Below, in pieces: positions 40,325 to 54,195 of a stretch of 64,000 bases of DNA. The position numbers and the translations under genes are program-made. The notes below the pieces were generated by a model that made no database searches, was not told the DNA's origin, and was given only the letters and a program-made list of their open reading frames with translations. Each line of letters starts with the position of its first letter. The first letter of the stretch is position 1. This stretch comes from Camelus ferus (lineage: Eukaryota): assembly GCF_009834535.1 (NCBI RefSeq), contig NC_045696.1, forward strand, positions 23,686,001 through 23,750,000, read 5' to 3'.

Positions 40325-43300
40325 CTAAAAATGGGACATTAATGCTAATTAAGCTAGGATTCCATAGATTCTAAAAACCCAAATGAAGAACACATATTTC
40401 TAATACTAAATTCGACCTGACGTACGAAAGGCAATGATAAAACATTCTGAAGTCAAAGGTTAATGAAGAATGTTGAGCAGCAGCAATAATTAGCCAAAGA
40501 TTCATCACCCAGAGAAATAAAGGAGAAACTTCCAGACTAAAATGATGAGGGTAAGCTTGGATTACTCACTCCTTTTTGAACTGTTCAGCTTGAACATTTA
40601 ATACTGATGCCCAGATCTTTTAAGGTCTTCCTCACCTAGGCCTTCCTCATAGAAGGACATTTCTCTGCTGCCCTATACGCAGTGCTCTAGTGACTTCCAA
40701 TTGAGATGTCAAGAAACTTCCTTTACCTGTTTTTAAAGAGCAAAATGATGGAGAAACTTATTACCAGAAGCATCATATTTATGAAGAATTCTCTCTCAAG
40801 AGTAAGATGCTAATTTGATCTTATTGTTTGGCTGCCTGGAAATAAGGATGGTTTTAAAATATAGAAGGAATTTGCTTCAAAGTTTATGAATAGCATCAAA
40901 AAATGCATTTCTGAAAATGAAATACTCATAATCTGACTTGTTAAACTGTTGTATGCTGGAATAAAAATGTTAAGTGATGTAGGTTAAGTGCTTTGCATGC
41001 TCTTGTATAAGAAAGCAGTCATTAAATGGAAGTTATTGTTACCATTAGTAGAAAATGGACAGAGGTAACTATGTATTTTCTAATTTTGCTTTTACCAATA
41101 CCTGAATATTTGGGTGTCACCTTTGATGTTTACTTGATTTCAATCTTTGAGACAAAGAAAATACGATTTTAGTGAAAGAAAAGATTAAATCTGTAAGTGT
41201 TTAGGAAGAGAACCATCACATTGGGCATGGCACAAAGATTTTTAGAACGTGTAATAAAGACATTTTACCACCTGATGAAATTCCTGCATTGCATGAAAAA
41301 GTTTTTGAGCTAGAAATAAACATTTTGAAGACTAAAATGGCAACAATACTAATTATGATTACTTACTAGTTTTCATGATAAGCATCTTTAGATGGTGAGA
41401 CTCAAATCTGCTCACAGATATCTTCTCAAATGGAAGAGTTCAGTAAATTATAATTTACCGTAATTGAAACAGAAAGTAATTGCAAATGCAATACATAAAT
41501 TTTGGAAGGGGCAGAAATGGCAGAAATACGAAGATCTCATTCTACACAACAGGAGTATGCTAAGGAGTTCTCTAGGCAAGACATTGTGTCCCCAAGAACC
41601 ACTATCATGGAAACACAGGCATTTTAAAAGGTCCAAATCTTGCTCCTAATATTCTATTCTATTTTGAATTATTTTACCATTTATTTTTAAATTGTGGTAA
41701 AAAATGCACAACATTGAGAATAAGCGATTCCCAAAAACAAATATGTGATATAGAGGCCCTGGTTAATTCTCTGGGTCCTACCATTCTCCCTGTCAGTAAT
41801 AGGCACTTGGCTCAGAGGTGGTTGTAATAAAAAGAGTGCCTGCTCATTCCTGAGCCATTTCTCAAAGGCCATTAGGACTGAGTTGGTAAACATAAGGTGA
41901 TTAACGGTGGTATGTCATGTCTGTAGCAGTACAACACATAACTTTCCTGAGCACCCAGCACATTAAGTTTTCACCGGGATGCATTCTAAAGGGAACATGT
42001 CCCTGTCTGCTGAATTACTGTGTGTCTCTTGTGAGATAATTCCCAGGAGGTGACTTATTCCCTCAGGGGTGAAGGAAAGTACTTTTTTGTTTTCCTTTTT
42101 TGTTTTCCTTTTTCTATGCTCTTTTCCCCAACAACTTGTTTGGCTCTGCACAAACAAGGAGAGTTAGCAAAATATATGTGTGTATACTTCTTTTTAACCT
42201 CTCTATTAACCTCATTACAGCTTCCTTTCTGCCTCAACTCCACATCCTAGCAACAGACGAACCTGTCAGTTTTCTCTCATTTATCTAAATTGCATATTGT
42301 CTACCCACCAGCTATAATCTGATACTCTAGGAAGTCTAGGTTAATTAACTGTGTTCTCTTTTTCTACCGAAATAAATCTTTGAACCACTTTGTTTTTCTG
42401 TTGTCTTAGCCATAATTTTAATCTTAGAGTAAAGGGAGACTACAGTTTAGAACTATGTATATTTTTCTCACAAATAAGCACAAATTGGAATTGACTTTAG
42501 ACAGCAGAATTTCAGATTGAGGTCAGCAAATGGTTTCTTAAGGTTCCGAAACCACTTCCCAGGAATTCTGCATCATCTAGATATCTGCCTTATCATGGAA
42601 CACCCAGTCACATGAGCGTCCAGGTCTGCATTGGGATACGATAGTGTGTTTGAAATGGGGAAGCTGAATCACTGCACAAAGTTTTCAAAGCACTTGAAAT
42701 AGACAAGTCTTGAGTCAGTAGGTACATCTGGCACCTCATTCACTTGGCAAATGGCTGCTGTATGCAAATATTTCTGATACTAATCTGCAATAATTCAGCA
42801 ACAGTTAAGCGGGCACTAAACATGCAGTGACGAAATTTGCTGCTTTCAATTTTAGCAATCAATAAAATAGAAAATATTTAATGTCGATTTCAACAAACTA
42901 CATTGCTAACTAGAACTTTAAGTAAACGTAACAACTTTGTTCATTAATCATGTGTTAGAATGGCACCTGAAGATTGTTGGCTAAATTGTCATTATTTTGA
43001 GCTAGTAAAGTTTTGAAACTGTTTTGGTTCATATAAGATGCATATGTGAGCATGTAATTCTTACACTTGTAGGATTTATGTGAAAAATACAGAAATAGAT
43101 CAAATCTAGGATTAGATCCAAGGCTGCATTTTTCTCTTAAACCCAATATCATATCATTATTAACCAATAATTTCAATGTTATAAATTTTTTCTTTGGCTG
43201 TAATTAACTTGAAAAAAATAGTGTTTGGTTTTATGGTTTTACTTATGTTATAGATATAAAGTATTCTGAGTTTTATTTGAATTTAACATTATATTTAATG

Positions 43301-44249
43301 GAATTTAGTCAGCATTTTTAAAATTGGATCTGAATATTATTTGAGATTGAGTAAAAAGCTTTTGCAAAGAAAACAAAAAGGATATGTTTCCTCTCTTTCA
43401 TTCTAAGAAGTATTAAGGAGAAATTTCAACTCAAAAACAAAAGTAGCCTTAGAGGAAAAAAAAAAAAAAAAAGAAGCCTTGGGAAAAGATGGAAACACCC
43501 TAAATATTCAAGCTGTATTAACAAGAGAGTTAGCCAGATAAAATATACATTTTTGAAAGTAAACATTTTATTTGGTGACTTTCCAAAATCACAAACGTAG
43601 ATGAGGGAAGCCAGTGACTCTTTTACAATGCATGTTTTCAAATAAGGAATGTTAGCTTAATATCTGATTTTAGATGAGTGCTAAAGCCTTGCATTACCTA
43701 ATGCATCCATATGACTGCTACACCATATTTACTTCTTAGAAACTTTGTTATAAGCAGAAATTCTCATCTGTTTTCCTTTTCTGCCTTTGGTATGTATTTT
43801 CAAAATATAAGTCTTGCTAGGATAGTGCAATAGAATTGTACTAATATTCCCATTACTAAGAACAATAAAACTACTAAAATCTATGGTTTTACATGATTTA
43901 GCAGCTTGTAAAATACTTTCTCATATATTAATTCCCACAATGATATTTTGAAGAAGGCCCATCACTTTCAATTTACTAGTGAAGAAATAGAAGTAAAGAG
44001 GCTTATCTCAGATCACAGAGTTAAGGGGTAATTTAACTGCGGTGACTTTAATTTGGCAATTTTTTGCAGTTACTGCCTCTTCACTCCACTCTGTACCCTG
44101 GAACCATTTTACAGCTCTCCCTCTGGCCTTCTGGTCTCCAGCTTCCCTCCTGATCCATGTCATCCTTTACACTGCTTACAAAAATGAGCTACTTCCAGGA
44201 AAAAAATCTGCTCGTGTAGTGCCCCTTCTCACAAACAGCTTCTGCTGCC

Positions 44250-46070
44250 TCTTTTTTTTTTTAAAGTGTGGTAAGAAAGCTCAACATGCAATCTATACTT
44301 TTAACAAATGTTTAAGAATATAACAGTATTTTAACTATAGGCATCATGTTGTACAGCGGATCTCTAGAGCTTCATCATCTTACCAACTGAAATATTATAC
44401 CTGTTGAACAACAATTCCCCTTTTCCCCATGCCCCCAGCTCCTGGCAGCCACCACTCTAATTCTCTGCTTCTGTGATTTGGACTATTTTAGATATTTTGT
44501 ATAAGTGGAATCATGCAGGATTTGTCCTTCTGGGACCAGCTTATTTCACTTAGCATAGTGTTCTCCAGGTCCATCCTTATTGTTGCAGTAGCAGGATTTC
44601 TTTCTTTTTAAAGGCCAAATAATATTCCATTGCATGTACATACCACATTTTCTTTATTCGTTTATCTGTTGATGGACATTTAGGTTGTTCTCATGTCCTG
44701 GCTATTGTGAAAAATGCTGCAATGAACATGGGGGTGCAGGTATCTCTTCAAGATTCTGATTTTAATTCTTTTGGATATATACCCAGAAATGAGATGACTG
44801 GATAATATGGTAGTTTTATTTTAATGTTTTGTGGAATCTCCATACTGTTTTCCATAGTGGCTGCACCACTCCAACAGTATAAAATTGTTCCAGTTTCTCG
44901 ACTTCCTTGTCAACACTTGTTATCTTATTTTTTTATAGTAGCCATCCTAGCATATGTGAGGTGATACCACATTGCCATTTTAATTTACATTTCCCTAATG
45001 ATTAGAGATGTTGAGGACCTTTTCAAGTACTTGTTGGTTATCATCCAGCATCACATATCTCCTTTGCAGAAACACCTATTCAAGTTCTTTGACCATTTTT
45101 AAATTGAATCACTTGTTTTGGTTTTGTTTTTGCTATTGAGTTGTAGGAGTTCCTTATATATTTTGGATATTGAGTAGGGTTTGCAAATATTTTCTCCCAT
45201 TCCATAGGTTGCTTTTTCACTTGGTTGATTATTCCCTCTGCTGTGCAATTTTGATGTGGTCCCATTTATCTATTTTTACTTTTGTTGCCTGTGCTTTTGG
45301 TGTAATGTCCAATAAATTGTCAATGAAAGTTCAATTAACAGTCATAGTAAGAAGAAAAAAGGGAATTTTATTTGAGCCAAACTGAGGATTATAACCTTAG
45401 AGATAGACTTTCAGAAAGTTCTGAGAACTGTTCCATCAGTTAGAAATAGAAACAAAGGATAATACATCAAAAAGACATACAGACATTTTACATAAGTTCA
45501 TCAAGGATACATAGTCCAGGTAAGCAAGTAAAAAATAATCAGCAGGTCACCATGAACACTTACAGAGCTGTGAATGAACACTGTTCATTTAAGAAGTTAC
45601 ATTGCTGGCATCAGAAGAAGGGGGACAAAATAATATTTATGGTCAAGCAGGCATCCTCATCTTTGAGGAGCTTGGCTTAATGTGCAATGCAGATGCACAC
45701 TGCACATTAGGGAGGGAGAGAGGAGGCCCAAACGGACACAGAGAGATAATCCTATGCTTAATTTTTCTTGTCCTGCCTTAAAATATAAATTCTATTTCAT
45801 CAAAATCATTACCAAGACCAATGTCAATGATCTTGTCCCTATGATTTCTTTTAGGAGTTTTATAGTTTTGGTTCTTCCAAATAAATCTTTAGTCCATTTT
45901 GAGTTTATTTTTCATATGGTGTAAGATAAGGATCTAGTTTGATTTTCTGGCATATGCATATTCAGTTTTTCCGACACCATTTGTTGGAGACTATCTTTTT
46001 TCCTTTGTGTATTCTTTCTATCTTGTCAAAGATCAGTTGACTGTGTATGTGTTGATTTATTCCTGGACTC
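44250..46070 (-). mobile_element. L1MA-type 3' UTR + ORF2 3' end, interrupted by LTR at 45318-45802
   Basis: T-run start; 'catgttgtacagcggatctctagagctt' and 'ggctattgtgaaaaatgctgcaatgaacatggg'; minus ORF 45080..45265 gives KQPMEWEKIFAN (ORF2). Confidence 0.92.
45318..45802 (-). mobile_element. ERV1-like solo LTR nested in L1
   Basis: TG...CA termini, 485 bp, 4-bp TSD AAAT (45314-45317, 45803-45806). Removing it restores contiguous L1 text 'tccaataaat|cattaccaagaccaatgtc'. Poly(A) signal is on the minus strand. Confidence 0.88.
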
Positions 46071-47769
46071 ATAAAGAGCCATTGCTCTGAACTGACTGTA
46101 GGACAAAATGTCATCTGGCTTCACCTATCTCTCTCCATCCTCATCTTGTACCACCCACCCTTCTTTACAATCACTAAATATGGCGTGGGACTAAGGACAA
46201 GTAACTCTACAATATCCCAAGTAAGGGAATGACAGGAGGTTATGGCTATTGAAGCATAATAGAATTGCCAATATTATTTGAAGTTGGTTTCATACATAGT
46301 AATATTTCATGCAGGTCTTTGTGTTCTTACCTAAATTCCTATTTGATTACTTAAGGTTCACAGGTGTAGAGACTTGCCTTGGTTATGACCTAATAATGCT
46401 TCAGATGTTTTAGTCATGATATGGTTAGACCAAGTCCAGGGCACACTACCATTGCTCATGAAAACACCAGACACTTTTACTATTTCATGTCTTTCCTCCC
46501 TCTTTGCCCAGTGAACCTCTCCTTAAATACTAGCCCAATATTCTTGTGATATCTGGCTAAATTCCTTAGGTGGGGTTGATAACCCTATCCCATGCTCTTG
46601 CTAAGCATTTATTCCATGCGTCCAAGAATCTATTTTTCCTTGCTTGTGGTGTTTTCATAAAGTTGATAAATATAAAAGAAAGAGAAATAAAATCACCCAT
46701 CATTCCATTACTCATAAAAAATCATTACTGATGTTTGCTTACTGTTAATCTTATTGTAAGTACTTTCTGTTCCTTTCCACCTTAACATGGTATCAAACGG
46801 TTCCTCATAATTTCATGTCTTTAAAACCATCAGTTGTAATGTCTACATACTATTCCATCAAGTAAATATACCATCATTTATTTAACCCTTCCCAAATCAT
46901 TTGAAATATGAGTATCTTTTTAGTTCTTTTAAAATCATATTTGCAGCTACAGTATTATCACCAAGATTGGGGCATGTTAAATATTCAATACATGAGTGCT
47001 AAAGAAATCTTCTGTCTAGGCAACTGATGCTATTTTCCTGTTACCTTACTCTTTTGATGAATTTTAATCCTAAGGACAGAATATTAACTGAAAATTTACC
47101 ATGGAATTAGATGGCTTGGGAAAGGAGAAAAAACTATCTGAAGATTTTAGTCTGAAGCTTTTCCTTTGGAAACATATCAGATTATATTTTCCGTGGTTAT
47201 CATGGCCATTCCATCTAGATTATTGTGCATCTGTAAGTGTTTGCACCTCCCTAAAATATTTTATTGAATTTGTTAATAAAAGAAACCATTTATCAGTGTT
47301 ACTAGTGGAATAGAAAGGAGGCAACACAAAGCATCTTTTCCACAACATCGAATGGGCTGTGCATGGTTATGTATCAAGATCGTGGCTTGAAAGCTTGCTG
47401 TTTCCTTTGGAAAGGGCAGAACTGTCTTGGGGCTCAAGGAAATGTCACAAAATGAATACATGGGAATAATTATAGAAACTCTTGCTTAAATATTTTGCCT
47501 TATTTACCAACATCAGGATCTGTGTCCATGTATAAGTGGAAGGTGAGACAGGAGAACAGGGTAAGAGGTGAGTGGGAGAAGCACTTTCCATTTGACCACG
47601 TTTAGACAAACAGCAAAGCTAAAGCTTGCTGAGCAAAATCTGGCAAATAAGGTAATTATTTGCTGAAATAAATTATTTATTTGGAAAAATATTGACATTG
47701 GTATTTTACATAATGGTTTCCATTGCATAACAGCAAACAATGTGGACAGAAAGTCGATTATAGAGGAAG

Positions 47770-47985
47770 AAACACAGGATTTGGATTTGAACTTGGGTTC
47801 ATAACCCATCTCCAATCCCTTATGGTTTCTGAGACCTTAAGCAAGTCTTTTAACCTCTCTGATCTTTAGATTTCTCACCTGTAAAATAGGAATAATAATG
47901 GTTTCTTTGCCAAACTGATACTAAAAAAAAGGGACAAACAGTGTTCAGCACATGGTAGGCATTTTAAAAAATGGAGGCTACTAGT
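47770..47985 (+). mobile_element. MIR
   Basis: 'gaccttaagcaagtcttttaacctctctgatctttagatttctcacctgtaaaataggaataataatg'. Confidence 0.8.
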
Positions 47986-48986
47986 ATCATATTATGCTAC
48001 ATAATGGTGTCCAAAAGCAAATATGAAAATGAGTCTTGTCTAAAATATAAAGCAATTGTCATGAGAAACACGCTGGGAGGAACAGGTTCTCACAGCACTG
48101 CTGCTTTTATTTATTTATTTTTTTGTTGTTTGTAACCTGGTTTATCTGACATTGTTTTGAATCCATGGACCTCTCTATTTGTTTACACAGGCCCCCTAAA
48201 TGTCATCTGGGGACTTCCAGTGCCTGACTACTTACCATGTGGTGAGTCAATCAATTTTTTTTCTGGTCCACAAGTAACAGGAATCTCTAAAATGATGCCA
48301 TTATTTGCATAAAATTTGGAGGAGTATGTGCTGTGTCAGTGCACACTTGACTCATCCCACCTGAAGGCTCTAATCCGAATCCCATAAAATACTCTTGCTA
48401 ATGAAGTCTAACCAACCTAAGAGCGTAACTGTGCTCCAATTCTCCTTTATACTTTAGAGTATTTTTTCCCCCAGAGATACCAGGAGAAAGAGCTTTGGTT
48501 ATTCACGAGAGAACAGCAAGTTCACAAATAAAGCCTCTTCCTCTGTGCCCTGTTCTTTCATCTGGACAAAATGCTAATGAACATAAGGGGATACCAAACC
48601 CTTTTGGAAGCCAGCAAAGACATTAATGATGTAGAAGTGGAAATGGGAAATCAGAGGAAAGAGAGTGAATGTGAACCAGGTATTTATTTAAGTTTGCGGT
48701 TCATAAGAGCAACATTAAAAATTAACTTTATTCCCAACAAGGGACATAGAGAAAGTAAAATCAAGATAATTGTCAGAGGTGGTTTAGCATTGGTGAATGA
48801 GTGTGACCAAATCAGAAGAATTATTCTGAATTAAGTTCTGTCAGAGCAAATGCAGTATCTTTTAAAAAACTATTATTTTCTTTCTTAAACTGGGCTTCTC
48901 TAACGATTACCTTTTCTGCTGTGCTTACAACAGGAAGGAAGTGTGCTAGCTGGGATACATAGGGAAGTAATAAGAATTAATGTTTA

Positions 48987-49119
48987 GGGGGAGGGTATAG
49001 CTCAGTGGTAGAGTGTGTGCCTAGCATACACAAGGTCCCGGGTTCAATCCCCAGTACCTCCGTTAAGTAAATAAGTAAACAAACAAAACTAATTACCTCC
49101 TCCACCAAAAAAAAAAAAA
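48987..49119 (+). mobile_element. tRNA-derived SINE (Vic-1 type), young full-length copy
   Basis: GGGGGAGGGTATAGCTCAGTGGTAGAG (A box), GGTTCAATCCC (B box), A-tail; perfect 15-bp TSD AAGAATTAATGTTTA at 48972-48986 and 49120-49134. Confidence 0.97.
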
Positions 49120-52027
49120 AAGAATTAATGTTTAATTTGAGAAAATAACTACAGTCTTCTTTTCCTGATAAATGCCTTCGCTTAGATTTCATGAATATTA
49201 ATATCATCCCATCCTGCCCACCTCTCTTCTCCATAGTAAATGGGATGGGTATCATTTCCACTGTTACTCACTGAATCCTGGTATTCTGCTGTTGTCTTAA
49301 ATCAAATCTTGTAATTTTGAGCAAAGAGAATCTTTTCTCATCAGACCTTCCTGATCATCTGGAATGATGTTTCTGTCCATTCCATGACTGAGCTAAGTGA
49401 GTCCCAGAGTATTTAAGGACCTGTCCAGTGGCACACAGTAGGAAATGTGATAAATGAAGACCTCACAAACCCTAGTGCATATTGTCTCGGGCTTACTGAG
49501 CCAATTCATTGTCATCTCGAAGGGCCATAGACAGCAGTGGCGAGGAGAAGATACAGGCAGGTAGACATTCATGTTGGGAGATTGGGAGATACAGTGTGCA
49601 CAATAAACACTGTTGGCCTAAGTTGGTAGAGAGAACTAAAATAAAGATACTAATTTTGAGAACATTGGATCAAGGGTGTAGAAAAAGGTTGTGTTCACCA
49701 AGGGTGGGAGAAGGGTCACTTGGAACAAATAGGATTCAAATAACATGGAAGAAGACACTCTTTGATAAAGCTTCATATTGATCTCAGGCCAGCATGTAAA
49801 GAGACAAGAATATCTTATCTGTTTCCCAATGCAGATGAATGTCAGGTGGAGTCTCAGAAGTTGAGGTGATTTTGACTGCTCCACACATAACTGGACACAG
49901 TCATTTTAATTTGGAGGCCTGCGTTTGATCACACAAGGTGAGCTGAGACAGTCCCTTACCTGGTGGGTGATTCTAGGTCACCACCCAGCACTCCCATCTC
50001 TCCTTCTCTTTGTCTTTCCTACTTTCTACTTCTTGCAGTAACATTTAAGGAGGGCCACATATTGTTGATGCTTTGAAATATAGCCTTCATGGGAAAGTTA
50101 AAACTTGAATACAAAGTAGATATTAAAATAATCAAAAATGCCATGATTATTGAGGAAAACGCGATTTCTGAGAAAGCTAAGAGAATGTATAAATATGTAT
50201 TTATCTGTGTTTGGGGTTTTCTAAACTGTTGATATATAGGCCTTGTTAAAATCAAGTTTACTATATTATCATCTAGAATACACACCAGATTTCTTTGAAT
50301 TTGGTTAATTTATATAAAGATTTTTCTCTCATGCAAAGCAGAGAGGCTCCAGGACCTGTAGTGAAAGGCAGGAATGAGCTTCAGGGCCCGAAGATGAAGT
50401 CAAACGTGTTGCTGATTTAATGACAATCACCCTGCGGAGTCTGTAATAAGCACTACACGATCAAGAAGTGGCAATTTCTATTCAAAATGGTCCCCTGTAG
50501 ATGACCTATTATACACGAAAGTGAAAATAACTTCCTGCATTTAACATAAACTGCCTTGATCCAGAAGACGACCAGTTTCTGCACTTAGTGCCAAGACATG
50601 CGTGATCAGTGAAGGAAAACCTCCCAGTCCTTTTCTCATGGACAGATGGTGGGCCATGGCCTGTCCTTGGCTCCATATGGTCATATGGATGCTTCTTCAA
50701 CCATAATGGGGTCAAGTGAAGGCTTAGACACTTGGGAAAACAGCATGTTAGAAGTTCATTCACAATGTGTGGATAGATCTCTATCACTGGAGAAAATTGA
50801 GGTACAGGGGTGGGGGATACTTCTGTTTTTGGTGAAAAGAATTTTCTGGGCTCCTTTAACTCAACTTCTGTTGGTCTATTGCCCCCTTAAAAGATGATCA
50901 TGCAGATAATTCACAGTAATGTTTATATGAATCAATGATCATTCAAGACAGTCATCTTAATTTTTAGCTTTAGGCCTTCTTCACATTTGAGTTCATTGAC
51001 TGGGAAACACCTGTATTTGAATCAAGTGTCAGAAAAGTAGCCTCTGACTCGAGCCATTTTCCTGGCTGTATTTTTTCCAGAGTTGTATAGCGTATTTTAT
51101 GAACAACTTACTTAATAGTGTTGTCTTCTTTACAGTATTCCATTAAGTATTCAAAAGCTTTATCTGCCCATCGAATTTCTCCCCCTGAAAATGTATTCCT
51201 GGCATTTCTAAAATTAGATTCTTACAGAGGAAAAAAGAACTTTGTATTTATAACGCAACAAATTGTGTGCTTTGACCACTTAACAGATGATGTATTGGCA
51301 AGTACTCAAGGTTCACATTGTGGTCTCATTTTGAAATTGGGATTCAAGAAGACTTCAGTGTATAGTGGTCTGTCTCCACATGTCTTCTTCCCCAATCCTG
51401 CTTGTTAGAATCAATGTAACATCCCAACTGTACTTGTTACAGCATCTACCACATTCATTTCTCCAGCTGTGCTCATTTTTCCATATGAAATACAGTTCTC
51501 CAGAGCATCTTGTCATCTTTTCATTTCTTCTGTGGGCCTTTGACAAAATAGGTACTTGATAGTGCTCTGTACTGGCAGTCCTAGTGTTGGTGCGAGAGAG
51601 CCAAGCTTCCCACATCAGTTTACTCCTGCTTTGGTAGAGGTTGCTCACATGCCCGCAAGTCAACCAGCAAACGGGTCTAGAATATGGCAATTGCCTAGTT
51701 ATTTCAGAAAATTTAAAGCTGTGGTATAAAATAGTTCATATGAGTGCTGGGAATCATGTGAAAACAAACTCTTTTTCTTTTTGCTGTTGGACATGTCTTT
51801 TCTCTAGAAAGTTCTCTTTTGTCAGTTCCATGTACTGCAGTTTACTTGTTTGAACTAAACTACTATTAAATTGGAGGTTAGTGTTTTCCCCAGCTTTTCT
51901 TATAGTGACTTTTATGTTACCTGATGGTGCACATGAATTAAACGGACTCACCAGAATTCCTTTCGGTGTTATATTTCCTTAGGTTCCAAGAGCTAAAAGT
52001 ACATATTTCCTCTACTGATAATGATGG

Positions 52028-52603
52028 TGAAGGTGTTCAGAACACACCAGCCCAAAACATGCCTCTTTGGCATATTGATTATTTTGAGATAAAGGCACTT
52101 AAGAGACATTGGATGTAGGAAGGGCTCTCTGACTCCCCGCCCCTACTACCTTTCTACCTAAAATCAGGTCACACATAGTTCCCCAGAGAAAGTTACCCTC
52201 CCTGTACCAGTAAGAGAAGGACATTCTTATTAGTGGAGACTGGGAATGAATGCCTAAATGAATCTGTACAAACAAACCTACTAAAGTAACCCTAACCTTC
52301 CATGAATTTCCCCCATGGATTTCTTAGTCACTTTCCCATAATATCCTATCCCTAAAAGCTTAAGTCCTCTGCCTTTGTCTTGTCATTTCTCCGCAAATTT
52401 GTGATTTTCTGTCAAAAAAGTATATAAACTCTCAGTCCTAATTGCTTCTTTGAGTCTTAATTTTTTCCTATGATGGCTCCTGGGTGCATACAAAAATATT
52501 AAATAAAATTGTATGCTTTTCTCCTGTTTTTCTTACTTCCAGTTAATTCTCAGGCTCAGGGCAGAGCCTGAGGGTAGAGGAAGATTGTTTTCCTTTCCTG
52601 TAC
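52028..52603 (+). mobile_element. MER34-family ERV1 solo LTR
   Basis: Start 'tgaaggtgttcagaac..cccaaaacatgcctctttggcatattgattattttgag'; TATA-like 'gtatataaa'; 'aaataaaattgtatgcttttctcctgtt'; end 'gggtagaggaa..ttttcct'. Confidence 0.85.
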
Positions 52604-53724
52604 TGGCCATGGTTCAAGCCAATTATCATGTCCATTTATTTAAATATGAGATAGGAATTATGTGTTTAAGGAGTTAACAGCTAGAATGTGACATCTATCC
52701 CTAATTACTGTCCTTAATTAACAAAGTATATGGAATGCGTTCTCTTGATTTCTCAAACAGAAGTCCCAACAAACCAGAAAGACACAAATGAGCCATCCCG
52801 CTTACAACCTTATGTCAGTATGTGCTCTCTGCAGGGCTGTGTTTCCATATCCAAGGCATTCTTCCTCCTCAGATTGAAGGTAAAATATCTCACTCTTAAG
52901 CCTGGGGGTCAAATAATTTCTTTATTTTACCTGGCAATTATGAGGTTAACAGATAGTAAATAATCATTATTAACTATAAGTCAGATGAGTTTACTTAGAA
53001 ATCACTAATAGGTTATTGCTATAAAGTAACCTTGAAGGCTATTTTGTAAGTTCAAGATGGGAGCTCTATGTTATAAAGAGTTTGTAATCATCAGCTAGCT
53101 GAATTTGGACACTATTTTCCCTAATGATGGGTGTGGATGGGAATGCAGCCAATCTCTCAAAGTGACCTCAAACATTCCAGGAATGCAGTATGACCCTTCC
53201 CAAAGATGAGATGGTCCGCAGGAGCATTACCATGTGGGATAAAGAGTCTTCATTTACTTCCCCAGAGGATCTGAAATGAAAGGTTCATATGATTCTACTT
53301 CCAAAGGCTCTGTTTTGGCTCACTTCTGGGAACTCCCTTGTGTAATGATAATGGCTTCTTTCCAAACTATGTTGATGCTAAGATAAATTTACTATATCTT
53401 AGAAGAGGAAGCTGTTTCCATCTTCCATGTTGTAAAAACTGTCTGTTTAAGTTAACTGCTCTTATGTTTTCTATATTTAGAGAAAATTTTGAAACATTAG
53501 GTAAAAATTAGAAATGATACAACTTTTGGAATAAGTAGGACTTTAAAAAAATCCACAAAAACCCTGGGTTGTTTAAGTTCTGTCTCTACCATTAACTAGT
53601 TATTTGCTCTTCAACAAATGATAATTTCTCTACCTTTCAGTTTCTTAACTTGAAATGAGAGTAACAAAACATGCTGTTAAAGATTCAATGATAAAAGTAT
53701 GCAAAAGGACCTAACATCTCCTGG

Positions 53725-54195
53725 TGTCAACAAACAAACAGACAAATACAGAGCTGGACAGTAGTTAAAATGGTAAACAGATTTTATTCAGAACTATTGC
53801 AGTAAGGGAAAAGAGTCCTCACTATAGAACTGGGTGCAATTCCAAGTACAGTATGGGCAAATGGGAATTTATAGCCAAGAAGTAGGGTAGGGTAAGTGGA
53901 TGGAAAATAACTGAGAAGAAACCTCAGAGGTAAGGGAGATTCTAGCTAGACTGACACGACGGGATCTTTGCTGAAGACAGACCGTGGTGGTCAGACATCA
54001 CCTGTAGGATGGTGGAGAATGAGAACCCCAATGAGATATCGAGGCTGGACAGATTTAGAGGATGAGGGACTCTTAATGAAACTGATCTATCAGGGGTCTT
54101 GCTAAAGTGGGATTTTTACAAAGAAGTGCACAGGTGGGCTTAGGAGAAGGTTCAGGAGCCTGACTGAAGTTTGGTCAAGCAAAGGATCTTCGTCA
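53725..54195 (-). mobile_element. MER31-like ERV1 solo LTR
   Basis: Reverse complement begins TGACGAAGATCCTTTGCTTGACCAAACTTCAGTCAGGCTCCTGAACCTTCTCCTAAGCCCACCTGTGCACTTC, as in MER31; TG...CA termini. Confidence 0.85.

Noticed and set aside
48987..49060. tRNA gene
   Set aside because: A/B boxes belong to a SINE with A-tail and TSD; three further copies are in the window.
51355..51690. 111-aa Cys/Trp-rich ORF
   Set aside because: No domain pattern or supporting splice sites; length is within chance expectation for 64 kb.
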